DNA of 64,000 nucleotides from Eledone cirrhosa (Eukaryota). Each line of letters opens with the position of its first letter. Position 1 is the stretch's first letter. The translations under genes and the position numbers were made by a program. The stretch lies in assembly GCA_964016885.1 (NCBI GenBank), contig OZ024742.1, positions 169,322,001 through 169,386,000 of the forward strand, written 5' to 3'. Of this stretch, positions 50,092-62,803 are shown piece by piece. Below the pieces are notes generated by a model that ran no database searches, had not been told where the DNA came from, and saw only the letters and a list, made by a program, of their open reading frames with translations.

Positions 50092-52305
50092 TTGGTTTGA
50101 GTCATAAATAATTTCTGTTTTTTAAAAGTTGTAACTACACATTTCAAACTTCCAATGTTTTAAATGCAACCAGAAATTACCTAATTATAGAGAGTCTTCA
50201 TCAATCATTCTTATATCATTAGTGAAAGAGTGCACATCATAATTTATTCTATGATTTCACACCCCTAAAATGGAGGAACTGAAAGTACATATTCAACACG
50301 TAATGTTCTGGGAGTTTAAGAATAACAAAAACGCCACAAAGACAGCTCAGAAATTTTGTAGTGTTTTATGATCAAGGTGTCTTTACTGACTGCCAAATCC
50401 AAAACTAGTTTTCAAAGTTTCATTCTGGAGATACGTCATTGACAGATGAACCCAGACCGAGACACTTATCAGACCTCTATCAAGATGCTTTAAGAGAATT
50501 GGTGGAATGCAATCCGTTGAAAAGTACTCGAGAATTATTATTTCAGCTTAAAACATCCCAATCCACAATCTACTGCCACTTGGAAAAAGATAGGAAAATT
50601 AAGCAAGTTAGGCAATTGGGTTCCTCATACTCTTAGTAAGAAGAATAAAGATTGCACAATCATTGCGACAAGTTTTCTTTCAAGGTAGAGAAATGACCCG
50701 TTTCTCAAGAATATCTGGTGCAATAAGTAGCAGCAAGTGCCCACAAAATACTAGCTCCTTCAACTGCGCAGAGGGTTCTATAGAAATAGTGGACAGCTTC
50801 CGTTACCTGGGTGACAAAATCAGCAGTGGGGGAGGGTGCTCTGAAAGTACAGTAGCTAGAGTCAGAACTGGATGGAAAAAGTTCAGAGAGCTTATACCAC
50901 TATTAGCCGCTAGAGGGTTCTCCCTAAAAATGAAAGGCAGGTTATACGATGCCTGCATACGAACAGCAATGCTGCATGGCAGTGAGACCTGGGCATTGTG
51001 TGCAGAGGATATACGCAGACTAGAGAGAAACGAAGCTTGCATGCTCCGCTGGATGTGCAATAGTAATATACGTGAACGGCAAAGCATAAACGAACTAAGG
51101 AAAAAATTAGAAATAAGAGGGATCAGATGTTGTTTACTCGAGAGAAGGCTACGTTGGTACGGTCACGTGATGCGCATGAAAGACGACAGCTGTATAACAA
51201 AGTGCAGGGCAATAAAGATAGACGGTAGCCACGGAGTAGGCAGACCCAGAAAAACATGGGACGAGCTGATAAATTCCGACCTCACACGCTTACACCTCTC
51301 CAAGACAATGTCACTGGACCGAGACCTTTGGCGGTACTCAGTAATAGAGAAGACCCGCCTTACCTAAATACAAAGTAAAAACCTACTACAGTCAGTAGGC
51401 ATCTCTATCAAAACACCCCCCCCCCCGTCCCACCACCTCCACCCCATCCACACCGCCCCTTTCAATGTACAGTTATGTTGGTCCCACAACATCCAGGCCG
51501 AAACAAATGAGATCGTGTAGGTGTCACGACAAAAAAACACACAGTCCACGCTGTAAATGTGGCCGTGTAGGCAACACGGTAAAAACCTCCCAGCCCCACA
51601 CTGTAAATGTGGTTGGTGTTAGGAAGGGCATCCAGCTGTAGAAAACCCGCCAGACAGTCCACGCTGTAATGTGGCCGTGTAGGCAACACGGTAAAAACCT
51701 CCCAGCCCCACACTGTAAATGTGGTTGGTGTTAGGAAGGGCATCCAACTGTAGAAAACCCGCCAGACAGTCCTATGCGAGCAAGACAACCACTCTTGCCT
51801 CAAGTGGGAAAACCCCCGTCCAAACCCATGCAAGCGTGGAACACGGACGCTAAACCTGATGATGATGATGATGTAATGAAAAATGGATCTTTTATGACAA
51901 TGTTCAATGCAAAAGGCAGTAGATTGACAAGGATAACACTTGTGCTTCTCCATAATGCAAAGCCACATTTAGCAAGAATCACGCAGGAAAAAATATTAGA
52001 TTTAGGTTAGTCTGTTCTACCCCATCCACCATATTCCCCAGACCTTGCACCAAGCAATTTCCATCTTTTTCCTTCTCTACATAATGCTCTGAATGGCAAA
52101 AAATCTTGTCAAGAAGATCAAGAAAAACATTTATGGAAAACTTCTTGAACTCGAAATCAGCTGAATTTTACTTGAGAGGAATCCACAAGCTACCTGATAA
52201 ATAGCAAGAGGTGATTCAAAATAATGGCTTGAAATTAATTCAATGTTAAATTATTCACGAATAAATTATTTTACTAAAATGCAAATTATTTATGACTCAA
52301 CCCTG
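50092..52305 (+). mobile_element. Decayed mariner transposon interrupted by an RTE LINE
   Basis: TIRs ttgagtcataaataattt and aaattatttatgactcaa. Transposase remnants MEELKVHIQHVMFWEF, NEKWIFYDN, HNAKPH and HPPYSPDLAPSNFHLF. Confidence 0.93.
50712..51873 (+). mobile_element. Young 5'-truncated RTE LINE with a 113-bp duplication in its 3' UTR
   Basis: Intact C-terminal ORF to 51367; 51541-51653 is duplicated at 51654-51765; (GAT)n tail. Confidence 0.96.
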
Positions 52306-52572
52306 TGTGTGTGAGCGTGCATATACTTATATTTGAATATGTGTGTGTGTCTCAGTACAAACCATTCGTTTTACATACACACACCTATTGGGGCAACAAT
52401 AGTTTGGATAACTTAAATAATATTCAAGTTTTCTTTACACCCATGTAACTATAGACATATATGTGTAGGTAGGAAGCTTTCTCTTTATGTCACTATGTGT
52501 AGGTGGGTGTTTACACATATTTAAATAAATATGAACTTATGTATAAATTAGCGTATATTTATATATATATAT

Positions 52573-52722
52573 CATCATCATCATCATCGTTTAACGTCCA
52601 TCTTCCACGCTAACATGGGTTAGACGGGAGTTGTGCCACTTGGGGCAAGGTTGGTCGGGTGACCGTGTCTCGCTCGTATAGGACTATCAAGCGTGGAACA
52701 TGGACGTTAAACGATGATGATG
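52573..52722. mobile_element. Back-to-back RTE tail ends forming a 33-bp inverted repeat
   Basis: catcatcatcgtttaacgtccatcttccacgct versus agcgtggaacatggacgttaaacgatgatgatg (1 mismatch). Confidence 0.8.
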
Positions 52723-52726
52723 GAGA

Positions 52727-52803
<77 letters not shown>

Positions 52804-53010
52804 AGAGAGAGAGAGAGAGAAATAAACACATACACTCCTACATACAATACATTCATTTCTAATTAGTCAGTAGTCACACAGCTGATAGAGGAGTTTTAAA
52901 GTCATATGTACTGGTCTAGCACACATGTGTCTGGTGTCGCTTCAACACAAACCACTAGTAAAAGAAGGCCTGACATTCATCAGCCACTGCATATACATAC
53001 ATACATACAC

Positions 53011-53048
<38 letters not shown>

Positions 53049-53120
53049 GTAGACACATACATACACACACACACATATATAATGTACACATACAAACATA
53101 CAAACACATACACTCACATA

Positions 53121-53152
<32 letters not shown>

Positions 53153-53242
53153 TACACTTACACACACATGTATATAAACACACACATACATACATACACA
53201 TTATATATATATATATATATATATAATGTATACACATACATA

Positions 53243-53294
<52 letters not shown>

Positions 53295-54605
53295 ATGTAC
53301 ACACACAAACACATACACTCACATATACACATACATACACACACACACACACATACAGACTCATACATACACTTACACACACATGTATATAAACACACAC
53401 ATACATACATACACACAGACATACATGTATACATACACACACACACATACAAACATGCACTCGCACACACATACATACACACACAGACATACATACTCTG
53501 ACATACACTTACACATACATGTATACACACACACACACACACACATACAAACACATGCACTCACACATACATACATACATACACACACAGACATACACAC
53601 TTTGACATACACTTACACACACACACATGTATACATACATACACACATATATGTGTATACATACACACACATATATACTTACTCATACATAGATACATAC
53701 TCATACATACACTTACACACACATACACATGTATACATACAGACGCTGTCTTGGACAACTCTAAGAATATTTCAATTTACTTCAGAATTATGTCAGTACT
53801 AGTTTTTCTTCTTGTTGCTGTTGTAGTTGTTGGTGTTGTAGTTGTTCTTGTTGCAGTTGTTCTTGTTGCAGTTGTTTTGTTGTTGGTGTCATTGTTATTG
53901 TTGTTATTCTTGTTGTTATTCTTGTTGTTGTTGTTGTTGCTGTTATTTTTATTGTTGCTGTTATTGTTGTTGTTGTTGCTGTTATTGTTGTAGTTGCTGT
54001 TATTGTTGTTGCTGTCATTGTTGTTGTTGCTGTTGTTATTCTTGTTGTTGTTGCTGTTGCTGTTGTTATTTTTATTGTTTCTGTTGTAGTTGTTGCTGTT
54101 GTAGTTCTTGTTGTAGTTGTTCTTGTTGTAGTTGTTCTGTTGTAGTTGTTCTTGTTGTTCTTGTTGTTCTTGTTGCAGTTGTTTTGTTGTTGGTGTCATT
54201 GTTGTTGTTGCTGTTGTTATTCTTGTTGTTGTTGCTGTTGTTGCTGTTATTTTTATTGTTGCTGTTATTGTTGTTGTTGTTGTTGCTGTTATTGTTGTAG
54301 TTGCTGTTATTGTTGTTGCTGTCATTGTTGTTGTTGCTGTTGTTATTCTTGTTGTTGTTGCTGTTGCTGTTGTTATTCTTGTTGTTGTTGCTGTTATTGT
54401 TGTTGCTGTTGTTGTTACTGTTGTAGTTGTTGCTGTTGCTATAGTTATTATTGTTGCTGCTGCTGTTGTTATAGTTGCTGCCCCTATAGTTGTTATTGCT
54501 GCTGCTGTAGTTGTTATTGCTGTAGCTGTTATTGCTTCTATTGTTGTAGTTGTTATTTTTCATGTTGTAGCTGGTGCTGTTGTTGCTGTTTTTGTTATTG
54601 TTGCC
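52723..54605. repeat. Block of simple repeats: (GA)n, compound (CA/TA/CATA)n and (TTG/CTG)n
   Basis: Direct observation; overlapping low-complexity ORFs are artefacts. Confidence 0.92.
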
Positions 54606-54734
54606 TTTTTCACCATTTATTTATTTATTCTATGTAACTATTTTTAAATTTACCTTTAAAAAACATTTTTCCCAAAACATAAAATATTAAAAAATAATTA
54701 AAAAAAAAAAAGCAATCAACAATAATTTCTATAC

Positions 54735-57120
54735 AAATAATAATAATAATTGTTTCTACTTTTGGCATCAAGGCCAGCAATTACCCAGTACATTACTGGT
54801 ACTTTATTTTATCGACCCTGTAAAGATGAAAGGCAAAGTTAACCTCGGCGGGATTTGAACTCAGAATGGCAAGGGCCGTAACTCTATGCGTCAAAGCATG
54901 GCGTCTGACCCTCTACCGATACTGCCAATACACCGCCTCATAATAATAATAATAATAATAAAAATAATTGTTTCTACTTTTGGCACAAGGCCAGCAATTA
55001 CCCAGTGCATTACTGGTACTTTATTTTATCGATAATAATAATGGTTTCTTAGATAGGCACAAGGCCAGCAATTTTGGGGGAGGGGAAAGTCGATTAAATC
55101 CACCCCAGTGCGTGACTGGTACTTTATTTTATCGACCCCATAAGGATGAAAGGCAAAGTTAATCTCGGCGGGATTTGAACTCAGATCATAAAGAGCCGTA
55201 ACTCTATGCTGCAAAGCATGGCGTCCGACACTCTACCGATACTGCCAATCTCCCATGATAATAATAATTGTTTCTACGTTAGGCACAAGGCCAGCAACTA
55301 CCCAGTGTATTACTGGTACTTTATTTTATCGACCCCATAAGGATGAAAGGCAAAGTTAACCTCGGCGGGATTTGAACTCAGAATGGCAAGGGCCGTAACT
55401 CTATGCGCCAAAGCATGGCATCCGACAATCTACCAATACTGCCAATCCACCGCCAATAATAATGATTTCTAAATGAAGCACAAAGCCAACAATTTGTAGA
55501 GTGAAGAAAATCGATTACTTCGACTGCAGTATGTGATGGTACTTTATTTTATTAACACTGGAACAATGAAAATCAAAGTTGACCTTAGTGGGATTTGAAT
55601 TCAAAACATAATATATAGCTGGAAGAAATACTTCAAAGAATTGCTTCCAACAGTTCTAAAAATTTCTACTTTAGATACAAGGCCACTATTGTGAGGAGAA
55701 AGCTGATTATACTGACCCCAGAATATAACTGGTACTCTTTATCAACCGCACAACTTAAACATACGATATATATTTGAATATAAGCCGAGGGTGTATACCA
55801 TATATACTTGAATATAAGTCCTCAGTGTTTGTTAAGTGTGTGTAGTGATGAATATTAAGTGTGTGTAATGGGAATTTGTGAATGTATTTCAATCTATACC
55901 ATATATACTCGAATATAAGTCGAAGAATATTACCCAAAACTAATTGGGAGGAGGGGCGCTCGGCTTATATTCGGACTCAATATTTCGATGATTTTCAGCA
56001 ACTTCAAATTCTACGTAAATAGAGTTTGGATTTTTGCTCATTTCTCAGACAGCTTACATTCGTATCGTCTTATATTCGGGTATATATGGTACTGTAAAGC
56101 ACTTTGTCCAAAGCTCTAACAATTCTACCAATCTACCACCCACCCTATAAAATAATTGTTTTTTAACATTGGCACAAGGCTAATAATTTCGGGGAAAGGG
56201 AAAGTTGATTATATCAACCACTGTATTTGACTGGTACTTGATTTTATCAACACCCAGAAGGATGAAAGGCAAAGTTGACCTCAGTGAGATTTGAACTCAG
56301 AACATAAAGAGTAATAACTTTGTCTGATGCACTAACAATACTGTTAATAATAATAATAATAATAATGGTTTCCGATTTAGGCACAAGGCCAGCAATTATT
56401 CCAGTGTATTACTGGTACTTTATTTTATCAACCCCGTAAGGATGAAAAGCAAAGTTAGCCTCGGCGGGATTTGAACTCAGACCATAAAGGGCCGTAACTC
56501 TTTGCTGCATAGCATCGCGTCTGACCCTCTACCGATAATGGTTTCTTATATAAGCACAAGGCCAGCAATTTAGGGGGAGGGGAAAGTCGATTAAATCCAC
56601 CCCAGTGCGTGACTGGTACTTTATTTTATCGACCCCCGTAAGGATGAAAAAAGTTAACCTCGTCAGGATTTGAACTCAGAACGTAAAGGGCCATAACTCT
56701 GTCCTGCAAAGCATGGCGTCTGACACTACCAATACTGCCAATAATAATAATTGTTTCTACTTTTGGCACATGGCCAGCAATTATCCCAGTGTATTACTGG
56801 TACTTTATTTTATCAACCCCGTAAAGATGAAAGGCAAAGTTAACCTCGGAGGGATTTCAAATCAGAATCAGAACGTAAAGGGCAATAACTTTATGCTGCA
56901 ATGCATCGTGTCTGATGCTCTACCGATACTGCCAATCCACTGCCCTAATACAAATAATAATAATAATTATTATTTCTACTTTTGGCACAAGGCCAGCAAT
57001 TATCCCAGTACATTACTGGTACTTTAGTTTATCGACCCCCGTAAGGACGGAAGGCAAAGTTAACCTCGGCGGGATTTGAACTCAGACCGTAAAGGGATGT
57101 AACTCTATGCTGTAACTCTA
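54735..57120 (-). mobile_element. Tandem cluster of about 11 same-strand tRNA-derived SINE copies
   Basis: Repeated ggcacaaggccagcaat...ctggtactttattttatcgaccc...ggatttgaactcaga...ccgatactgccaat modules separated by (AAT)n. Confidence 0.92.
55899..56089. mobile_element. TcMar (Tc2/pogo-like) MITE
   Basis: TA flanks; TIR ccatatatactcgaatataag and cttatattcgggtatatatgg. Two extra left-TIR-like copies at about 55761-55820. Confidence 0.8.
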
Positions 57121-57385
57121 ATAATACTGGTTTTTGATTTGGGCACATGTTGTTGATGTTATTGTTCATTTTTGTACTGTTATTGTTGTTTCAGACCGTA
57201 AAGGGATGCAACTCTATGCTGTAACTCTAATAATACTGGTTTTTGATTTGGGCACATGTTGATGTTATTGTTCATTTTTGTACTGTTATTGTTGTTTCAG
57301 ACCGTAAAGAGATGTAACTATATGCTGTAACTCTAATAATACTGGTTTTTGATTTGGGCACATGTTGTTGATGTTATTGTTGTTG
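57083..57385. repeat. ~108-bp tandem triplication of a SINE-flank junction
   Basis: cagaccgtaaagggatgtaactctatgctgtaactctaataatactgg... about 2.8 copies. Confidence 0.9.
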
Positions 57386-57795
57386 AATTATTTGTGTGTT
57401 CGTTCATCATTGTGTTATTTTAGACAGAAGGGTGTGACTGTCTGATTGTATTAGAATGTCTACTGTTGTTATTAGTGGTGGTGGCGGTGGTGGTGGTGGT
57501 GACGTTGTATTCATTCTGGTTTTGTTGTATTTATTCTTGTGTTGTTGCTGTATTTATTATTGTTGTTATTGTTGTTGTTGTACTCTTGTGTTGTCATTGT
57601 TGTTGTTCAAGATGGGAACGTAAGATAATAAAACTGAAAGTAAAGCTCCAGTTTGTGTGAATAATTTATCATATTTTATCTTGAGAAATAAAAGACAGAA
57701 GAACTAAATTAATTATTCTTGTTTTTTGAACGTATTAAAAAAAATAATTGAAAAAATAATTGAATACGAAATGTGTGTCCTAATGTAAATGACCA

Positions 57796-57973
57796 TTGGT
57801 AGTATAGGTAGAGAGTCGGACGCCATGCTTTCCAGCATAGTTACGTCTCTTTACGATCTGAGTTCAAATCCCGCCGAGGTTAACTTTGCCTTTCATCCTT
57901 ACGGGGTCGATAAAATAAAGTACCAGTAATGTACTGGGTAATTGCTGGCCTTGTGCCAAATGTAGAAACAATT
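57796..57973 (+). mobile_element. tRNA-derived SINE, opposite strand to the cluster
   Basis: Family consensus match; another partial plus-strand copy at about 58537-58650. Confidence 0.88.
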
Positions 57974-57983
57974 ATATCATATA

Positions 57984-60099
57984 CTAGCAGAGGTACCCGG
58001 CGTTGCTCGGGTATTAAATAGCAGTTATGTATACCATTTATATCAATACTTCAGTGCTGCTTCGAAAACTATACTTTTACAAAATCATCGGCTTTTTCCA
58101 AAAGGGGGTACCTGCCCCAGGGGCCCCCTACTCAATATGTGCAATTCTGAGAGTTCACATTCATCTGTAGAACAAACGTAGCCCATGTGTCAAGTTTTGT
58201 GAAAATCGGTTGCGAACTCCAGAAGTTATGACGTTTTGTTGCATTGCACTGCAGTGCTTCAGTCGACTCCAAGGAAGTGGTTAAAGGGGTTATCTGCTGG
58301 GGAGGCCCTATAATCAATATCTGGAAAAATGAAAGTGACCATTACCATCCGGAGTACATAAGTAACCTATGTCTTAAGTTTGGTGAAAATACTGTAGAAA
58401 TGCATAAAGTTTACACACGCGCGTGCGTGCGTGCGTGTGTGCATGTGTGTATGTATATGTATGTGTATGTCCGTCGGCGCATACGTATGTACTGGCCTAA
58501 ATATTCACTATTTACTTTTACTATTTTAAGGCAAAGTTAAAATCCCGTCGAGGTTAACTTTGCCTTTCATCATTTTGGGATCGATAAAATAAAGTACCAG
58601 TAATGTACTGGGTGATTGCTGGCCTTGTGCCAAAAGTAGAAACAACTATTTTAATAACCTCTGTCATTTTCGTTTACAATTTTATTTACATCATTCTTAA
58701 ACTCCGGGGCTGGAAATCATTCGGTTATTTTAAATAGAACATTAGTCTAATAACTCCATTTATACCATAAACTTGGTCTTGTCTTTGCATGAAATTGTTC
58801 TTCTCGGTCCACATAACGACGTATTATCCTCGCTTTTTTCTGTTCATTACCAGGGAACATCTTCACGAACCAAAATATCGTCTTCCTGTTTTCCTTCGGT
58901 TGCAACGTTTCTCGAAATATTTAATTCTGCATTCACAGATTGAATTTATTAGTTTAAGAAGATCCCGTTAATGTTGAAAGCAGCGATTCTTTGCTTAAAC
59001 TTTCTTTCTTTCTCAATCCCTCTCCCTTTTTTCTCCTACTCTCTCTCTCTCTCACTCATACCCCCTCTCTCTCTCTTCCTCGCTCATACCCTCTCTCTCT
59101 CTCTTCCTCTACAGAATGGAGAACAATAAAGAACGCCAGATCTCTCTCTCTCTCTGTTTTTATATATATATGTGTTTGTGTGTGTGTGTGTGAACCAGCG
59201 TTCGTCGCCATTCTCTCTCTCTGTCTCTCTATCTGATTATCTTGTACCTCTCTCTGTATAACGACCTATCTCACTCTCTCTCTCTACATCTCCCTTTCTC
59301 TCTTTAGATGTATATGTATATGTGTGTGTGTGATATATATATATATATATAGTGAGAGTTGCAACATGTATGCAGTTTTATAGATTTTTGAGGGTAGTGA
59401 AAATGAAAATATAAACAGAGCATATAAATAAATTTACAGTAGAATAACATAACAAATATGTTTTAAATATATACATAAATAGCATTACAAATGCCTCGGT
59501 AACACTACAAAGGATGATACAATGAAAGATATATTCCTTCAATGCTACAATATTAAAGAAAATGCAAAGGAAGGGATGAACAACGAAGCCAACACCAAAG
59601 CAAAAGACAGCAACGTCGCGAGTACTGGCTGGGCAACCTCTAATTTTGAGGCAAGCCAGCACACTCGCAGCGTTGCCTCGGCTGATGCGCTGAAATATTG
59701 TTTTAAAAGAGTTTTTAATGGAAATAAAGCAAAATGGAAGCTTAACTTCGAACTCATGAATTTTGCAGGTTAAAATTTTGCTGGCCTGAAAACTGTTCAC
59801 GTATTTTTGTACGCGTAGTTTGTTCGTAACGTAAAAGATAAAAAAAATGATGCCATAACTCGTCACTCATCTCTATTTATACATTTGAACTGAAAAATCA
59901 ATACATTACAAATTCGATTTTTGCACTTGGCGTGGGTCGATTCGAAAAAGTGTTTGACCGATGTCTCCGCCGGACCTTCATCTATAAGTGTAGCAATTTC
60001 ACCGAAATTTGAACATACGGTTTAAGAGGAGATGTGTGCCGACCGTTTTAGTAGACAGACAGACAGACAGACAGACAACCTCAGTTTTATATATATAGA
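57984..60099 (-). mobile_element. Probable non-autonomous Helitron
   Basis: Minus strand begins A|TCTATATATATAAAA (60099) and ends CTAG|T (57984), preceded by the hairpin tacccg..cgggta. (GACA)n lies near the 5' end. Confidence 0.65.
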
Positions 60100-61184
60100 T
60101 AATTTAATTTACTCCTCTACCAATATCTTTGACCAATATAATGATTTACCAAATAGCTTTACTGCTTTCTCATCTGTAACCTTAAACTTTACCCTGACAA
60201 CATAGGATTGTTTGATTACAGACTGTTCTGAACAAACTATCCCCACCCCCACCCATCTTCCAAATGTATAATAAGCTCTGTCACCCACAAAACTAATGAT
60301 CATGAGTCCAATACACTAACCACTGTAGGGTCCATACATACAATAGGGAGGGGGCACCATGGTGACATAGCATCTTGGGCACTTTAAACCAGGCAGAACC
60401 CATCTCTCCAGGCTTGAACACAGCCAATTTCTTCTAGAGAGGGAAAGAGAGTGGTAGAGAAAAGAAGTGAGAAAGGGATACAGAGGAGGAATTGACCCCA
60501 GTCCTGGGCTGGTACTTTCTATATTGGCCTCAAAAGGATGAAAGGCAAAGTTGACCTCAGCAGAATTTGAACTCAGAGTGCACATAGCCAGAACAAATAC
60601 CACAAAGCATTCTATTCAAAATTCTAACAACTGCCAATTCACCGCCTAAACTTCACTATTAATACTTCTATAATAACACCACTATCCTCCAACCACTACC
60701 TCCTCCACCACCACCAGCCAAAAAATATATTTTAAAAATGCAAACATCAAACAGACATTGGACATGGTAGTCAATTAATAAGAATTGGGGTTAATGAGGT
60801 GGTCAGCAAGATATCACAAACAAAGGCAGCCCTGCCACTTAGATACAAAACAAAAAAGGAAAAAAATTATGCACCAACGCTTAACTAGTATAATAGCTAG
60901 GACCATTAGCTAAGAGAATACCACTTCCACTTCACTTCAAACTTCTGACCATCAATGTAGAGAAGCTAAAGGTTAAGGTTTATTTAGTGGTCAGTTATTT
61001 AGCAGTGGCTGAAAAAAAAAAAATCAGGCCAGGGACAGACAAAACAAAAAAAGAAAAAAACTACAAAGACAAATACAAAGTAATTAAAAAGTAAGCACTA
61101 GTGGTGACCGACCCACCTGGAAAACTGTGTTAGTTACTAAGTACAACATTGTAGAGAGTTGTGACACAGAAAATTGACAGAAGC

Positions 61185-61630
<446 letters not shown>

Positions 61631-62149
61631 TAATATCTTTTACTTTGTTGTTTTGTGTTTTTGCTTCAGCTTAATTTGTTCCTGAAGTTTTTCCTGATAT
61701 TGTTTATTGTTTGGAAAGAAAAAATGTATGTTAGGTGTTAGTAATAACAGAATCTATGTCACCTTTTGTTTCTAAAACATACACACAGCTATATATATAA
61801 CTTTGATAGGTTTTGGCAAGTGTTTGCTCAGGCCATGTCTAACTTAATATACCACCTGGCAAAGTCTTTCAGATTATGGGTTCACAATATTGTGATGATT
61901 ACACTGTGGCCCACTCTAGTAAACAGTTATTTTTTCAGAGACATATCTGGGTGTAGGGGGTTTATCCAGGATTTCTTGAAGGAATTTGTCCTGAAAACTT
62001 TTTAATATTATGGGATCTGTTTCTACCTTAATGTATTTAAGTATGATATTAAAGAGAGCAGAGCCAGTTGAGGTGAAGTGGTTATGTCATATGGTAGCTA
62101 TGAGATGTGAGGTTCATTTGTGTAGTGAGTGGATAGCATGGGACCAAAC

Positions 62150-62803
62150 CTTGGGTGAATTTTAAAGGTGATGCCAACATCATTTGGGCAATATTGATGA
62201 AATATTTTCCACATCATACAGATGATGTAGCACTCACAGCAGAGTTGGAGAGAGTATAGTTTGAGTTTTTCTAGTCGAGCCCAATATTTAAGGCCTGTAT
62301 ATCTTTTTTGTAATTAACCTCTGGGGAGCTTCAATTTTCATAATACTTTGTTTCATGTGAGGAGACCACAATGGACAACAGTATCCAACTGGGTCTGGGC
62401 AAAGGAGCGTAGAATAGGAAGATGGTGTGAATTTCTCTTGACCAGAAAGTTCTGAGAATCCAGGAACACAACCTGCAAGCCAAGTCAACATTGGTATTTA
62501 TGTGAGTACTCCAGCTTAAGTTGTTGTCAATAATTACTCCAAGGTCTCCAGTCTTGTTTGATACCACAGGGGTTTCAACTGAGGCAAGAGAATATGGTAA
62601 TTTTCGTGCATCCTCTTTTCCAAAGAGGATTAATTCAAATTTATCCTCATTTAATAGCATATTGTTTTATTGTCGCCCATTGGATAACAGGAAGCAGATC
62701 CAATTAAAAGCCTATCCTCTCTCCCACTTTATTGATGATTTTCTGGATCTTGGAATCATCTGTGAAAATTCTTATCTTGTTGTGCCTGATGACATCAGAG
62801 ATA
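62150..62803 (-). mobile_element. CR1/L2-group LINE RT remnant
   Basis: IRIFTDDSKI, LNEDKF, DLGVIIDNNLSW..HI and YCCPLWSP..K..I..IE..QR..TK; frameshifted. Confidence 0.85.

Noticed and set aside
50663-51367. Mariner-RTE fusion ORF
   Set aside because: The short N-terminal extension is out-of-frame mariner sequence upstream of a truncated LINE; a chance read-through.
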